Below are positions 62,269 to 64,000 of a stretch of DNA of 64,000 nucleotides, piece after piece (the first letter of the stretch is position 1; each line of letters starts with the position of its first letter). The stretch is from Laetmonice hystrix. Its lineage: Eukaryota. A program made the position numbers and the translations under genes. The notes beneath the pieces are model-generated. The model saw only the letters and a program-made list of their open reading frames with translations. It made no database searches and was not told where the DNA came from. The stretch covers positions 51,834,001-51,898,000 of the forward strand of contig OZ249436.1 in the NCBI GenBank assembly GCA_965235115.1, in the 5' to 3' direction.

Positions 62269-63419
62269 CAGATCCCATACCCACAACGAATCCCTCATGA
62301 CGGAGCTCTAGTTGCTACAAACATATTATTAGTGTAAGTACGTCGGCTCTATTAAGACCTATAGGCCCTTATATGAGACCCTTAAATTATCACACAGTTG
62401 TTATAATCAAAACCATATTAGTATTAAGTCAGAACATAGGCCAAATAAATAACTTTATTTCGTTACACTAAGAATAACATTATTCTCGGAGTGCAGCGTC
62501 CAGAAAGGGCACATACTGCTGTTCTAAACCTTTAGCGTAGGCTATAGCACGGCCAGGAATCATCAAACTAGCTTGCGATCAATTCAATAATTATCATTTT
62601 CAATCAAAATATAATATACCTCGTCAACAGTAATGATCTTTTAAAAAATTCTTTGATTTCTAATATACTTGTAAACACATACAAGTAATGGCTTTAACAT
62701 TATATACCGATCTTCTTGAATATGTTGATAAAAATAATTTTTAAATTGTCTGGAATACAACTTTCACGCGACCACGCGACAACGATTAACTTGTAAATAA
62801 ATGTTGGAATCCGACCTTTCATGCGATCAGCGCATGTACTAATAACAGGTTTAACTCGTGAGGAAAAGTTGCAAACCGCCTTTCGTGCGTCCAGCGCATC
62901 CGAAATTACAGGTTAACTCGTATAGGTAAAAGTGGTAGGTACCGTTCGTGAGCCCAGCTCATATTGTATGATATTATGTTTAACTCGAAAGTAAAATTTA
63001 GACAGCTATTAACATATAAACACGTGACTATGACATCACCGACGCCGTATAGATAACATTTTAGATTGAGTGTTTCACTATTGCCATGTCATGGCAACCA
63101 ACACATTTGGACCTCTCAAGCTGTTCTAAAATAAGTATCAAATAAGTCCCGTGCTCGTTAGACATTTAAAAACCCGATGCTACAAATTCCACTCCCTAGA
63201 AATATTTGATTTTTGCATGAATATAAACTGAGTAAATTTGGTTTAATAACACTTTTTCCTAAATGAAGAAATGAACCTGTTCCACCTCTATTGATCGTGA
63301 AACTATCCCCGAGAGATCGAAGTCCTGTCCAGATGAACTTACATCTTAATATGAAACTGTCCAATATAGGCTGCTCCTAATTGTGGAAGAGTTCATTCTT
63401 CAAGGGATTCGTCGGCTAG

Positions 63420-63570
63420 ACCGGCCCTCTCCTCCAAAACGTCGCTCTTCTCCATCGGAACCGAAACGTCTGCTGGGTCGCTCTTGCTCATCGCCACCGA
63501 AACGTCTGCTGGGCCGCTCTCCATCGCCACCGAAACGTCTGCTGGTCCGCTCTCCATCGCCATCGAAACA
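63420..63570. repeat. About 30-bp tandem repeat, about 5 degenerate copies
   Basis: Unit resembling ctctccatcgccaccgaaacgtctgctgggccg. Confidence 0.8.
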
Positions 63571-63594
63571 TGTACTGTCTGGTCTTATACTCTA

Positions 63595-64000
63595 GCACAC
63601 ACTACAGTGAGGGCTCTCTACATGTATTGGCTGGCTTTAGACTGGAGCAAACACTGCAGTGGCGGCTGTCTACATGGATTGGCTGACCTTGGACTGGACC
63701 AAACACTACAGTGAAGGCTCTCTACGTGTATTAACTGCCCTCCGGCTTGAGCAAACACTACAGTGAGGGTTCCCTACATGTATTGACTGGCCTTATACTC
63801 TAGCAAACACTACAGTGAGGGCTCCCTACATGTATTGACTGCCCTTGGGCTAGAGCAAACACTACAGTGAGGCCTCCCAACATGTACTGACTTGCCTTAT
63901 ACTTGAACAAAGACTACAGTGAGGGTTCCCTACATGTATTGACTGCCCTTGGGCTAGAGCAAACACTACAGTCAGGGCTGCCAACATGGACTGACTGGCT
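63595..64000. repeat. 52-bp tandem repeat, at least 7-8 copies, runs off the window
   Basis: Unit resembling actacagtgagggctccctacatgtattgactgcccttgggctagagcaaac. Confidence 0.9.

Overview
Animal (probably invertebrate) genomic DNA, not prokaryotic. Most of the window is one minus-strand, intron-rich thrombospondin gene (about 19550-56366), which I assembled by hand into 56 phase-consistent coding exons giving about 2344 aa. Domain order: signal peptide, laminin-G-like N-terminal domain, coiled coil ending in CxxC (pentamer/subgroup-B type), about 39 EGF-like domains, a shortened type-3 calcium-binding wire, and a C-terminal L-lectin domain. The EGF region contains 30 symmetric phase 1-1 exons, mostly 123 nt. 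Fifteen of them, 13 consecutively, end in non-canonical GC donor sites, which suggests a cassette-exon, variable-length thrombospondin. A 54-bp minisatellite duplicates one exon end plus its donor 23 times in frame. The first two exons of a tandem paralogue lie at 6830-8483. The rest is satellites, microsatellites and several MITE families. All exon calls come from manual reading and have no transcript support.
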